Of a DNA stretch of 64,000 nt, positions 45,928-57,036 are shown piece by piece. The notes under the pieces are model-generated. The model made no database searches. It was not told where the DNA came from and saw only the letters and a list, made by a program, of their open reading frames with translations. Position 1 is the stretch's first letter; each line of letters starts with the position of its first letter. A program made the translations under genes and the position numbers. The stretch spans positions 4,772,389-4,836,388 of the forward strand of contig NW_003314262.1 in NCBI RefSeq assembly GCF_000143415.4, given 5' to 3'. Origin of the DNA: Selaginella moellendorffii (Eukaryota; Plantae; Lycopodiophyta).

Positions 45928-47160
45928 ATGCTAAGAACTCGCAATGGCATCGGGAGCTGCAGTGGAGTGGACGAATCCATCGTGCAGGCATTCTTCCAAG
46001 ACAATCACTACGCCAGCAGCAACGCCAACAATCCCGGCGGTAGCAGCAGCAGCAGGGACGGCGGCGGCAAATGCCATGGAAGAAATCCGCTAAGCGCGCT
46101 CGCTGGATTCATCACTTGCCTCCACAACTCGAGCGAAACCAGCTCGAGCAGGAAGGCCTGGGAGAAGCGCAAGGCGGTGGCGCTGCTGGAGCTCAGCAAG
46201 CAGCAGCAGGCGGCGCTGGCGGACAAGCAGGACACGATCGACATGCTCGAGTGGCAGCTGGAGCAGCTTCAGATGGCTACGTACGCGCTGGGAGTCTCCA
46301 ACGACGAGGATGAGCTCCTCAAGCAAGCCCAAGGCGGCCAGGAGGAGAGCAGCGATCCAGCACCGCCAACACCGCCGCCACCACCATCAGCGCCGCCGCA
46401 AGCGCCGCCAGCTATCACCTCCGCCGCCGCCGCCACCCAAACTTACGCGCCGCTGGTGCTGCTCCTGGAGATGGCCGTGGTCCGGGCTCGCCTCTCGCTG
46501 CGCTACTTCTGCAACCTCTTCCTCAAGCAGATGGAGGCGTCGGGCTACCCGGTGTGCCGCGCGCTGGCGGAGATCGAGCCGGGCACCGCCTTCCTCCGCA
46601 AGGAGCACGCCGCCTACGTGCTCGACTCCAAGATCAACAAGGCCTTCTTCCACTGCTTCGAGAACGAGAGCTTCGACGGGGCCGGGATCACGCAGATCCT
46701 CGACCCGGCCAAGCGCGCCGCCACCAAGCTCCACGAGTACCGCCGGATGGCGGGGCTGGACATCGGCGACGCCGTGAACAGCAAGAGCGCCTGGTTTGAT
46801 CCCGAGTTCCTGCGCTTCTGCCAGCACAAGACGCGCGAGATGTGGGGCGAGTTTGGATTCAGCGTCGCGTTCCGGAGCGTGGAGGAGCGGGACTCGTTCA
46901 CGGCGGCGTTTTTGGACGTGGCCAAGGCGGTGTGGCTGCTGCACAGGCTCGCGTTCGCGGTGAATCCGGCCGTGGGGATCATCCGGGTGGCGAAAGGGAC
47001 CGATATGGATGCGTCGTACGTGGAGGCGGTGGCGGCGCCCGAGAGGCCGTGTAGCGTCTGCGGCAAGGCCAAGGTGGTGGAGTTTATGGTGATGCCGGGC
47101 TTCCGGACGAACAACAAGGTGATCAAGTGCCAGGTCTATCCCCACGTCCAGTGCAAGTGA
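45928..47160 (+). CDS. IRK-interacting / GIL1-like coiled-coil protein, intronless
   Basis: FHCFENESFD, FLRFC..K, FLDVAKAVWLLHRLAFAVNP..IIRV, VEFMVMPGF...KVIKCQVY (GIL1/IRKI C-terminal signature). Confidence 0.88.
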   Translation: MLRTRNGIGSCSGVDESIVQAFFQDNHYASSNANNPGGSSSSRDGGGKCHGRNPLSALAGFITCLHNSSETSSSRKAWEKRKAVALLELSKQQQAALADKQDTIDMLEWQLEQLQMATYALGVSNDEDELLKQAQGGQEESSDPAPPTPPPPPSAPPQAPPAITSAAAATQTYAPLVLLLEMAVVRARLSLRYFCNLFLKQMEASGYPVCRALAEIEPGTAFLRKEHAAYVLDSKINKAFFHCFENESFDGAGITQILDPAKRAATKLHEYRRMAGLDIGDAVNSKSAWFDPEFLRFCQHKTREMWGEFGFSVAFRSVEERDSFTAAFLDVAKAVWLLHRLAFAVNPAVGIIRVAKGTDMDASYVEAVAAPERPCSVCGKAKVVEFMVMPGFRTNNKVIKCQVYPHVQCK

Positions 47161-48444
47161 TAGATAATTGGTTTTCTAACTTCCTTTCCTCTAGTTTGTA
47201 TCCTATTCTCTGCAACGTTTGATATCGTTCCAAGAAAGCCCAACTCTCTAGAGCAGACCACAATGCCCTTGAAAATCTCATAGCCCTGCTAGTGAATGGT
47301 TGCAAAGAGCAAGAAATTGTTGTGGCTGAAGTAGAAGCCTAATCAAAGAGCTGTTTGACCACCTTCTCGGATTTCAGATGCGCAATCCAACAATATGCAA
47401 GTACATTTAAGAATTTATTGAAATAAATTAGTATTGTAAGGTTCAAGCACAATTTTGATTTTTGGACATTCAACAACTTACCAAAATATTTTAAGTTTTT
47501 ACTATAAAAAATTTATACCTTATAACTTTTATAATATAACTAATTTTATTATCTTTTTCCCATTAAATTAATATTATTATAGAACATTTGCATTGTGTTA
47601 CTTGGCAAGAAAAATTAAGTATAAACAACTTTAATTATTACTATTATTAATAATTATAATTTTACAATAAAAAAGTATTTACATTATAAAAGGTGAATTC
47701 TTATGATTATTATTAGGATACCGCCTTTTTCTGGACAACCATCACTTTTGTTTTATTTGTATGACATTTAAAGATTGACAAAGCAATAGTGTTAGACTGT
47801 AGAATTAATAACTATAAGTGGGAAAGATGATATTACATAGCATTGTAGTTATTGAAGAGCACCAATGCCAAAATGCAATAAAGAAATTTTTAAAATACTT
47901 ATTAAATAAAATAAAATATATAATTTTTAAAAATAATTTTAACATTTATAATATTTTTAAATAAAAATATAAATATTCACTTAGTATGAATGATGTATAC
48001 AATAGAAGCATATTTAATATAAATAATTAAACACTAAAAATTAACTTGGTACTGGATATTTAACTTGTAAAGTAATATGTACAATATTTTTTATAGTATT
48101 TATTTATAGTGTCATTATTGAAGTTAGTAAAATTATTAAAATTAGCAATTTAATCTAAAATCTTCTTGTTTATATTGTTTGGTTTGCTTAAACAAAGCTG
48201 TAAAGGTTTTTATATGTAAAATATACTTGAATATCCTAGAATATTCTACCATCTATTTAGATTAATTATGTATTTATAATTTATAAATAATTTTATCATT
48301 TATAAACTTTTCTAAACACTTCCTAGTATATTTTAGTTTATTGTACCATATAATATAACAATAACTTGTGTTTATAAATTAGAAACTTCCATTTGATCAA
48401 TTTAATTAATAATGTAGGACACATGGTTTTCACCCTTTATCCTA

Positions 48445-48830
48445 TGCTGTTTTATTATAGAATATCAACAAAGTAGAACTTAAACCCTCTATGTGCCATA
48501 TGTCATATGCCACATGCCACATATCCCAAGGACAATAGAGTGGAACCTAAGTTTCAGGACTTAGGGTTATTGAACAAAGGAATGAAGCTAAATTCCCAAG
48601 TATAGAGCTAAAAAGTGAAAGAACCAAAGCATAAAGCAACTCTTGAGTGTATAACCTAAGGAGCAAAGGGACAAAAACACAAAGAGACTTGAAACAATCC
48701 TAAAATATCCAACATCCTAATGCTAGAACTAAGATGCAAAACAGAGCTAAATGAAATTTACCACTATTTTAATATATTAGTGGCCTAATGTCAAGATATG
48801 GGCACTCCACCAACTAATATGGTATGAAAT
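48445..48830 (+). repeat. dispersed repeat (LTR-like fragment) homologous to 20730-21085 in opposite orientation
   Basis: See 20730-21085; embedded in AT-rich 47400-49870. Confidence 0.85.
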
Positions 48831-49894
48831 TAACATAGTATGATAAGCACAAGATGGATTGATAAAGGGTCTAGAAATGCTAATTTTTTGTTGTTGTCAT
48901 GATAGTAAAGAAAAAATATTTGAAAGGACAGCCAATAGGTAACTTTTGATACTTGAAGTCATATTCGCAACAAATAATAAGAATTTACTCTGGTCATAAA
49001 TTTATATTTAATTTGAATTTAATAAAAAATTAAAATTAGAATATCCTAATAAAGTTTTATAAATATATAAAATAATTGTTACATGTTGCATACAGTAATG
49101 TTTTTTTACTTAATAGTATTGCTAATTTAAAATTATTAAATTACCATTAAAATATTTGTAATTTACAGGAATAGAATACTAAAAGTTTTAAATAATTTTA
49201 TAACTGGATAATTGGATTGGATTATGATAGCCCACACATATATTTTGCTATCAAAATATTATCTTTCTAGAGTTCAGATTATTATAAATAATCTCTATAA
49301 CCTTAAACGTTTTTACATTTTAATATTTACTTTCTTTAGAAAAATGCTCAAAAATAAATAAAATTCCAGAATTCTTTAAGTTATGCATCCCACAAAGATG
49401 ATCAATTACCATGTTATAATCCCTGTTTTTTTTTTTTAAAAATAAGTTACATTATACCAAAAAGTATTGAATGATATAGTGCATCTAATTTGCCAAGAAG
49501 GCATAATTATAATATAGAGTAACTATTAGAAATATTCAAATGGTTAATCAAATGAACAAGACTATAGATGAAACATAAATTTATTTGTAAATAGTGGAGC
49601 TAAATGTATTTTAAATCCATTGTCATGAACAATAATTTTTTGTACCTCATTTAATCAAAATGTAAGAACAAAAATAGATTTCTTAATAAATAAATTGCAA
49701 ATTTTTATTTTACACATATAAAATATATATACATCATAAGTAAATGTTTCATACCCTTGATATGTTTATTCTTCTCTTCTAAATTCCAAAATTTTTCTTT
49801 TGACCTTTGTCCTGAATATTTGCTTAAAAAAAGTTAATTTTTATTTTTCTATACAAAGGATTGCTGCAAAGCAATATAATTCTTTTAGTTACTA

Positions 49895-51901
49895 CTATAA
49901 ACTTAAGCGGTCAAACTGGAGACGAAAGCCCTTCTCCACCGCCTTGAACGTGAATTCGTTCGGCGTGTGGCCATTCCGCATCATCTCTTGCAGCAAATCC
50001 CATGCAGCATCCACATCCGAGCGGCACAAAATCTGCACAAGAGTTCCATAAGTGTGATCATCTGGAAAAATCCCTGCTTTCAGCATCTCCTCCAGCAGCT
50101 CCATCGCTCTCGAAACTTTCCCGGCGCCAGCCAGAGTCTGGATCAAGCTGGTGTACGTGAAGCAGTCCGGAATCACTCCATTGTCTATCATCTCGGCCAG
50201 GAGATCGAATGCTCGCTCCTCCATGCCCACCTTCCCCAGCCCGTGAATGATCATGCTGTAAGTCACGATGCTCGGCTCCAGTTCTTCCTTTCTCCGCTGC
50301 ATCTCACGCAGGAGCTCCAGGGCCTCGTCCATCTTCTTCAGCTTGCACAGCGCGTTGATCACGGTGTTGTAAGTCACAGTGCTGGGAAGAATACCGTCCT
50401 TGAGGATCCTCTGGTAGAGCTCGAGGGCTTCTTCGAGCCTGCTGGACTTGACGAAGCCGTCCATGATCATCGTGTAAATGTACCTGTTGGGCTTCACTGC
50501 CGCCTTGTCCATGAGCCGGAGGACGTGAGTCGCCGCTGCCATGGATCCCTCCTTGCAGAAATTGTCGATGATGATCCCGTAAGTGTGCATGTCGGGCTTG
50601 CAGCCTTTCTCCACCATCGTCTCGAAAACCTTCTCGGCTTCCTCCCTCCTGCCGATGCTGTAGAGAGCTTCGATGAACATCGTGTAGGAGATGGTGTCGG
50701 GAGCACAGTCTCTGTCCGCCATCTCCTCCATCACCGCGAAAGCCTCCTCCACCTTTCCCATGCCGATGTAGCCAGTGACGATGAAACTGTAAGTGTCCAC
50801 TCGAGGCCTCAGCCTTCTTCGTCTCATCTCCTGGATCGTCTTTACAGCCTCTTGAATCCTCCCACACTTGCAAAGCCCAGCGACGATCGAGGTGTAAGCC
50901 ACTGCGGTCGGCGGAGGACCCCTGGCGATCATCAAGTCGACAAGCTTTCGTGCCTCGTCCACTCTCCCGGCCTTGGACAGCCCGTCGATCAAACTCGAGT
51001 AAGCGATGATGTCCGGCTTGTGTCCCTTCCGGATCATCTCCTCGAAGACGTCGCAGGCTCTCTCCACCTTGTGAGCCTTGCACAAGCCATCGACGAGAAC
51101 AGTGTAAGTCAACAAAGTTGGCTCACATTTGCTCGCCACCATCTTCTCGTAGTACTCCAGTCCCGCATCGTAGTTCCCAGCCTTGAAGAGGCCGTCCACA
51201 ATCGCAGTGTAAGTCACCGAGTCCGGAGCTTCAATCGCCTCGAAGAGCCTGCAAGCCTCCTCGGTCCGCTTCGCTGCTGCAAGCCCGCGGATTAGAATCC
51301 CATACGAGACCGAATCCAAGCTCGACTTTGGAGACACCGAGTTGAAGTAGCTTACCGCCTTGTCGAGGTCGCGTCGAGCACAGAGAGCGCTGAGAATGAC
51401 CCCGTGCGTGGCACCATTGCTGGTTATCCCGCGGGCTTTCATCTCCCGGAGCAAAGCATTCACCACCTCGAAGTCGTCCCTCGCGGCGAATCCTCTAAGC
51501 AGTATGTTGAACGAGGAGACGTTGGGCTCCGAGATGCTGCTCTGGAAGAACCCGAGAGCATCCGAGAGCTGGCCTCCACGAACCAGCGCGAGCAGAAGAG
51601 AGTTGCGAGTGAAGAGGGTGTGCGAGAAGCCCGGCCTCGTAGCAGCCCAGTGATAGAAGCCGAGAGCGTTGCAAGTGCGCCGGAGCCTGCCGAGGACACC
51701 ACCGAATGTATCTCTCGAGAGCTTGGTGCTCACTGCGGCGTGGGATCTCTCGAGCAGCGCTTGGACGTCGCTAGCCTTGTCCTCCAGGATGGCGAGCAGC
51801 GATTCTACGTGGCGGGTGTCTTCGTGCTCGAAAGTGGGAGCTGAGACCCTATAGCGCCTCTGGATCCTCCACACCACTGGGAGAAATCGCTGCTTTCTCA
51901 T
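49895..51901 (-). CDS. P-class pentatricopeptide repeat protein (paralog of 9608 and 28577 genes)
   Basis: First ATG 51901 (MRKQRFLPVVWRIQRRYR); FYHWAATRPGFSHT, THGVILSALC..AVSYFNSVSPKSSLDSVSY; tandem P motifs. Confidence 0.93.
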   Translation of the reverse strand: MRKQRFLPVVWRIQRRYRVSAPTFEHEDTRHVESLLAILEDKASDVQALLERSHAAVSTKLSRDTFGGVLGRLRRTCNALGFYHWAATRPGFSHTLFTRNSLLLALVRGGQLSDALGFFQSSISEPNVSSFNILLRGFAARDDFEVVNALLREMKARGITSNGATHGVILSALCARRDLDKAVSYFNSVSPKSSLDSVSYGILIRGLAAAKRTEEACRLFEAIEAPDSVTYTAIVDGLFKAGNYDAGLEYYEKMVASKCEPTLLTYTVLVDGLCKAHKVERACDVFEEMIRKGHKPDIIAYSSLIDGLSKAGRVDEARKLVDLMIARGPPPTAVAYTSIVAGLCKCGRIQEAVKTIQEMRRRRLRPRVDTYSFIVTGYIGMGKVEEAFAVMEEMADRDCAPDTISYTMFIEALYSIGRREEAEKVFETMVEKGCKPDMHTYGIIIDNFCKEGSMAAATHVLRLMDKAAVKPNRYIYTMIMDGFVKSSRLEEALELYQRILKDGILPSTVTYNTVINALCKLKKMDEALELLREMQRRKEELEPSIVTYSMIIHGLGKVGMEERAFDLLAEMIDNGVIPDCFTYTSLIQTLAGAGKVSRAMELLEEMLKAGIFPDDHTYGTLVQILCRSDVDAAWDLLQEMMRNGHTPNEFTFKAVEKGFRLQFDRLSL

Positions 51902-51905
51902 CGTT

Positions 51906-52211
51906 TGCAACCAATCTTGGAGCACAGCCCGCGGATTTGAGCTTCTGGCAATGCTTTTGGAGCCCGCCAAGCCCCTTGATCACGGTAGAGAAGCTCGCCT
52001 TTGGAGTGACTCGAGTGACTGCACGAAAGTAGTGATCGCTGTGGCCTTGAGAATGATCCCATGAGTCACAGCGCGCATGGCGGGATTGCTGCTGTACATT
52101 CTTTCCTTGAAAATCGCCCACATCCTCACCTGGCTTAGCGCTTTCGAGCGATTCTGGCCAAGATCAATAGCCAAAATCCTAAAACCCTAAATCTCAAATG
52201 TTAGGGTTCTT
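51906..52211 (-). pseudogene. internally deleted (telescoped) copy of the 5' part and promoter of the 28577-30628 PPR gene
   Basis: Colinear blocks match 29946-30680: ttggag.acagcccgcgg..ttgagcttct; gccccttgatcacggt; gctcgc.tttggagtgact; gc.cgaaagtag; tgatcgctgt; gccttgag.atgatccc.tgagtcacagcg; tccttgaaaatc; ctcacctggctt.gcgct.tcgag; aaccctaaatctc...ttagggttctt. Confidence 0.85.
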
Positions 52212-52353
52212 ATTTTCCAGTTGCCACATCAGCACGATCTAGCCGTCCATTAAAAATATAAAGCTCAGGTATATTCTGGCTTTAAACCCTTAAACCCTAA
52301 GTTCCTCTATTTGTGTAACCTAGGGCAGGGCGTGCGTGCGCTGGGGTTTTGCG

Positions 52354-55300
52354 ATGGAGCAGCTGGAGCTCCTGCTTTTCCAGTTCTTGATGCCCGACAA
52401 TGACGCTCGCAAGAATGCGGAGGAACAAATCAAGCATCTCGCCAGGGATCCGGAGCTCGTTCCCGCGCTACTGCACCAGATCCGCAACGCCAGGTCTGCG
52501 AATGTGCGCCAGCTCGCGGCGGTACTGCTGCGCAAGAAGATCGTCGGCCTGTGGATGAAGCTCAATCCGCAGCTCCACGCCTCGCTCAAGAATTTGCTGC
52601 TGGAGAGCATCACACTCGACAACAGGTAGGAAATTTTGGTCGAAAGGCTTTAGCTTTCTCTCAATTCGTTTCCGTAGCCTCGCCGTGCGACGTGCCAGTG
52701 CTGATGTGGTGAGCGCTTTGGCGAAACAAGACGTTCCAGCAGGAAATTGGCCAGAGCTACTGCCTTTCCTCTTTCAATGCAGCCAGAGTTTGCAAGAAGA
52801 TCATCGCGAGGTGGGAAGCCAAATGTAGCTCGTTGCTGTGCTGTGACAATGTTTCGTCTTTCTTCTTGGCATGTTTATATCAGGTGGCGCTTGTGCTTTT
52901 CAGTTCTCTCACGGAAACCATTGGAGAGATTCTCAGGCCACATTTCGCGACTTTGCATGCCATCTTTCTCAATGGATTGAGAGACCAGAGCGCCAAAGTC
53001 AGAGTTGCGGCTCTCAAGTATGCATACCCCCTTTGCTCGCAGCGGTTTCTATAAAAAAACTCATTGTCTTTTCGTGCATAGGGCAGGCGGAACGCTCGTA
53101 GGATACATCGAGAGCGAGGATGAAGTGGTGAGCTTGCGTTTTCACTTCGAGCTGGCAAGCATGTAACGTTTTAGTTCATGGACAGAGGATGATGCGCGAG
53201 CTCATTGCGCCTATATTGGATGTGTCTCGCTACTGTCTAGAGACGGGGAGTGAGGATGTCGCTGTTCTCGCTTTTGAGATTTTTGACGAGCTTATTGAAT
53301 CCCCGGTCTCTCTGCTCGGGCAGTCCATTCCTGTGATCGTCCATTTCGCACTGGAGGTAGCCTTGAACAGCAAGTGGGAGCAAAGCACTCGTTATCAGGT
53401 ACGGGTGTGCATTTTCGATGGCTGTTCTCGGATTAAGGCTGATCCTTCCAACAGGCTTTGCAGACTATATCGTGGCTTGCGAAGTATAAGCCGAAGACTC
53501 TGGTGAAACATAAGCTAGTTCCGGCTATCATCTCATCCATGTGTCAGATTCTTTCGGAGGAAGACTTTGAGCTGGACGAATACTCTGTTTCTGCAGACCG
53601 CGCTGCTGCCGAAGTCCTAGACACTATGGCCCTGCACCTGATCAACAAGCACGTCTTCCCGCACGTGTTCTCGTTTGCGCTGTCGAACTTTCAGCGGTCT
53701 GAGTATAGCATCCGCGAAGCAGCAGTGATGTCTCTGGGGATAATAGCCGAAGGCTGCTACGAGATCATGAGAAGCAACTTAACTGACATCCTGAACTTGG
53801 TGCTACAAGCATTTGAGGATCAAGAGAAAGCTGTACGAGGAGCTGCGGGCTTTACGATTGGTCAATTTGCGGAGCACTTGCAGCCAGAGATTGTTCTGCA
53901 TTACGAAAGAGTTCTTCCTTGCATCTTCAAAGTTTTGACAGATCCAAATGCTGAAGTTCAGGTAGGCTGCTTGTCATCCTTTTTACGAGTTTTTTTTCAC
54001 ACCGTTATGCAGGAGAAGGCGTACTACGCGCTTGCTGCTTTCTGTGAGCATTTGGGATCGGAAATTCTGCCATTCTTGCCGGTTTTGATGGAGAGATTGG
54101 TGGCCACGCTGCAGTGTAGCCGGAGAGATTTGCAAGAAACTTGCATGGTATGGAAGTGCTACTACCTTGTCTTAAATGATAGCCTTACCTCTTTTGCTTG
54201 CAGTCAGCCATATGCTCGACAGCAGCAGCAGCGCAGTCTGCATTCATTCCATATGCTCCAGGAGTTCTCGAGCTGATGAAAAGCTTTCTTGTTCTGACTG
54301 CTGACGAAGATTTACCCGCTCGCGCCAGGGCTACGGAGCTGGTCGGTATCATTGGCACTGCGGTTGGCAGGCAATATATTGAGCCCGTTCTTCCCTCCTT
54401 TGTCGAGGCAGCCATTTCTGTAAGTATTTGGAAGTCTCTCCTTCGTCTCATCTCCTCCCGTATGCAGGGCTTCTCTCTGGACTACACTGAGCTTCGTGAG
54501 TACAGCCATGGCTTCTTCAGTTCGGTGGCTGAAATCCTTGAAGGAGATTTAGAACAGGTTGAACACTTTCTTTGAGATATCTATCCATCACTTGACTGAC
54601 TATACCAAATGGTTGCAGTATCTTCCGCGTTTAGTGCCCTTAGCCTATGCAACTTGTGATCTTGACGATGGCACCACGGTGGATTTTGAGGTAGAAAACG
54701 AAGACGGAGAGTTTGGTGATGTATCGTCCGACGACGGCGACGATAACAACCAAAATTTACGCAATGTCAGTATCCGGACTGGTGTATTGGACGAGAAAGC
54801 TGCGGCCACTCAGGCCTTGGGAGCATTTGCTCTGCATTCCAAAGGCGCATTCATGCCGTATCCTTTTGCTTGTATCTTTTCATTCTTGTGACCTTGACAA
54901 GAATGACCCGTAGCTATCTTGAGGCGACATTGAAGATTCTGAGAAAGCACAGCATGTATTTCCACGAGGATGTCCGCTTGCAAGCTTTCATTGCGCTCCA
55001 ACGTAAGTTTTGCGCTCCTGAGTATTCTTAATTCTTGTAATTTTCTTTTCTCAAACAGATATGCTCACGGCAACACAAGCTACCTTTCCAAACACCGATG
55101 TAAGCCGCTCTTGGTGAGATCAGTGACGTTCTAACTTTGCTTTCTTTTTCAGACAATCTCAGCTCAAGCAAAACATGTTCTTGGTATGTACATGAAGACC
55201 CATTGATATGTTCTTAGAAGACAACTGATTGCTGCTGTAGGTGTTGTAATGGAGCTGTATCTGATGTGCCTGAAATCAGACAGTGATAAGGACACTGTTG

Positions 55301-56655
55301 CACAGGTGTGCACCTGCCTAGCGGAAATCTACAGGCATCAGGACGCGAAAGCAATGGAACCTTGTAAGTCACATAGTTTGTTTTCTTTGGTTGTCACTAA
55401 ACGCATTTCTTACAGTTTTCTTGCTCACATCGGAAGAGGTTTTGAAACTTCTACGGCAGGAAGCCACATGCCAGCGAACGGACGATACAGACGACGAGGA
55501 CGATGGGCAGCTGGACACAGATCAAGCACTGATGGATGCGGTTGCAGACGTTCTACCAGCCATGGCAACCTGTATGGGCCCATCTTTTGAGCCGATATTT
55601 TCTCAACATTTTGAAGCCTTGATGAAGTTTTCGGTACAGTCTCTTTGCACGTAGCATGTTCTTTTGTTGTCTCACCTTCTGATTTTCAGAAAGAAAGCCG
55701 CGCTGCAAATGACAGAACAATGGTGATTGGATGCGTTGCGGAGATCGCTCGTGCGATTGGATCACAGATCATACCCTACATTCCAGTACGTATTGTTTTC
55801 TCCCTGTGCGTTCTGGAAAGTGGACTTTTGCGTGCAGCGAGTCATGCCAGTGGCTCTCCAAGAACTGAGGTCAGCCGAGGCAGCAAATCGTCGCAACGCT
55901 GCATATTGTGTGGGCCAACTGTGCAAGAATGGCGGTGTCAAAGCCGAGGAGTATGTCCAGCTTCATTGCTCTCTGTCCGGTGCTGATCCTTTAAAACTCC
56001 TCGCAGATTCTACGGAAGTGCTCTTGCGGCGTTGCATCCTTTGTTTAGCGAGGGAGAAGAGGACGTGGTGCGCGACAATGCAGCTGGAGCCGTGGCGAGA
56101 ATGATCACGACTCAGTCGCAAGCTCTTCCTTTATCACAGGTACAGAGCGTTTTCTCTTTTATTTTTTTCTTTCTCGGGAAGTCAGCTTTGTCGACGCTGA
56201 CACAACTGGAACCGTGTGTACAGGTCCTCCCAGTCCTCGTCCGAGCACTCCCTGTGAAAGCCGACTTGGAAGAGGCGACCGCTGTCTACACTTGCCTCAG
56301 CAATTTGATTCTAGCTTCGCAACCAGAGGTTGGTTTTCTTTAGTGTTTTTTTTCTCGTCCATCTCTCTTGTTTTCTCTGGATTGATGGAAGAGAAACAAG
56401 AGAAGTTGGATGGCGGCTTCTCTTGTCTGTTCTAAGCCTTCGTTTTCGCAGATTCTACCATTGGTGCCGCAAGTGCTGCCAATTTTCGCCAAGGTGGCCG
56501 CCTCCACCGACGAGCTCCCCGAAGAAGCGAAGGTGCTAATCGGGCGAGCGGTGGCACACTTGCTGTCCCATTATCGCGATGAGATGCAGCCTCTTCTCAG
56601 CAACATTCCAGCTGACCAAGCCAACGCACTGGCAGCGATCGTGAGGAAGATCTGA
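52354..56655 (+). CDS. IMB4: importin beta-4 (IPO4/Kap123 family), many short introns
   Basis: MEQLELLLFQFLMPDNDARKNAEEQIK..., NVRQLAAVLLRKKI, WPELLPFLFQCSQS, RAAAEVLDTMAL, VRGAAGFTIGQFAEHLQPEI, NVSIRTGVLDEKAAATQALG, VRDNAAGAVARMI; ends ALAAIVRKI*. Confidence 0.93.
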
Positions 56656-56674
56656 TACGATATCAGGCAAGAGC

Positions 56675-56710
56675 TCTTCTTCTTCTTCTTCTTCTCTCTC
56701 TCTCTCTCTC
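56675..56710. repeat. (CTT)n/(CT)n microsatellite
   Basis: tcttcttcttcttcttcttctctctctctctctctc. Confidence 0.85.
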
Positions 56711-57036
56711 GGTGAGGATTTTGTTTTCGTTCTCCTCCCCTCTTTCGATTTTTCGTGATCGATCGAGCCAGCTCTCCTCGATCACGCGAGTTTTGGCGTT
56801 GGATTATTTTTTTGGAATCGGGAACGAAAGTTAGCGAACTTAGCGTGCGGTTTATTCTGTTGGCACATTCCGTTTGTCATTTTGGATGTTCTGTTTGGCC
56901 CCTTTAAACTCTCGGCGTACCCGCCCTAGAGTTTAGATCGTTCCTCCTTTCTCGGATCTAGGCCGCGCGGCCGGGGTTTTGGAGCAGCGATCCATCGTTT
57001 TAGCTCGGCGCATCGGGTAGGATCGAAGGGAATTCC

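Noticed and set aside
49967-51295. 442-aa plus-strand ORF (also 31460-32569, 46387-47145, 58886-59878, 60092-60826)
   Set aside because: Antisense shadows of real genes with strong GC3 bias.
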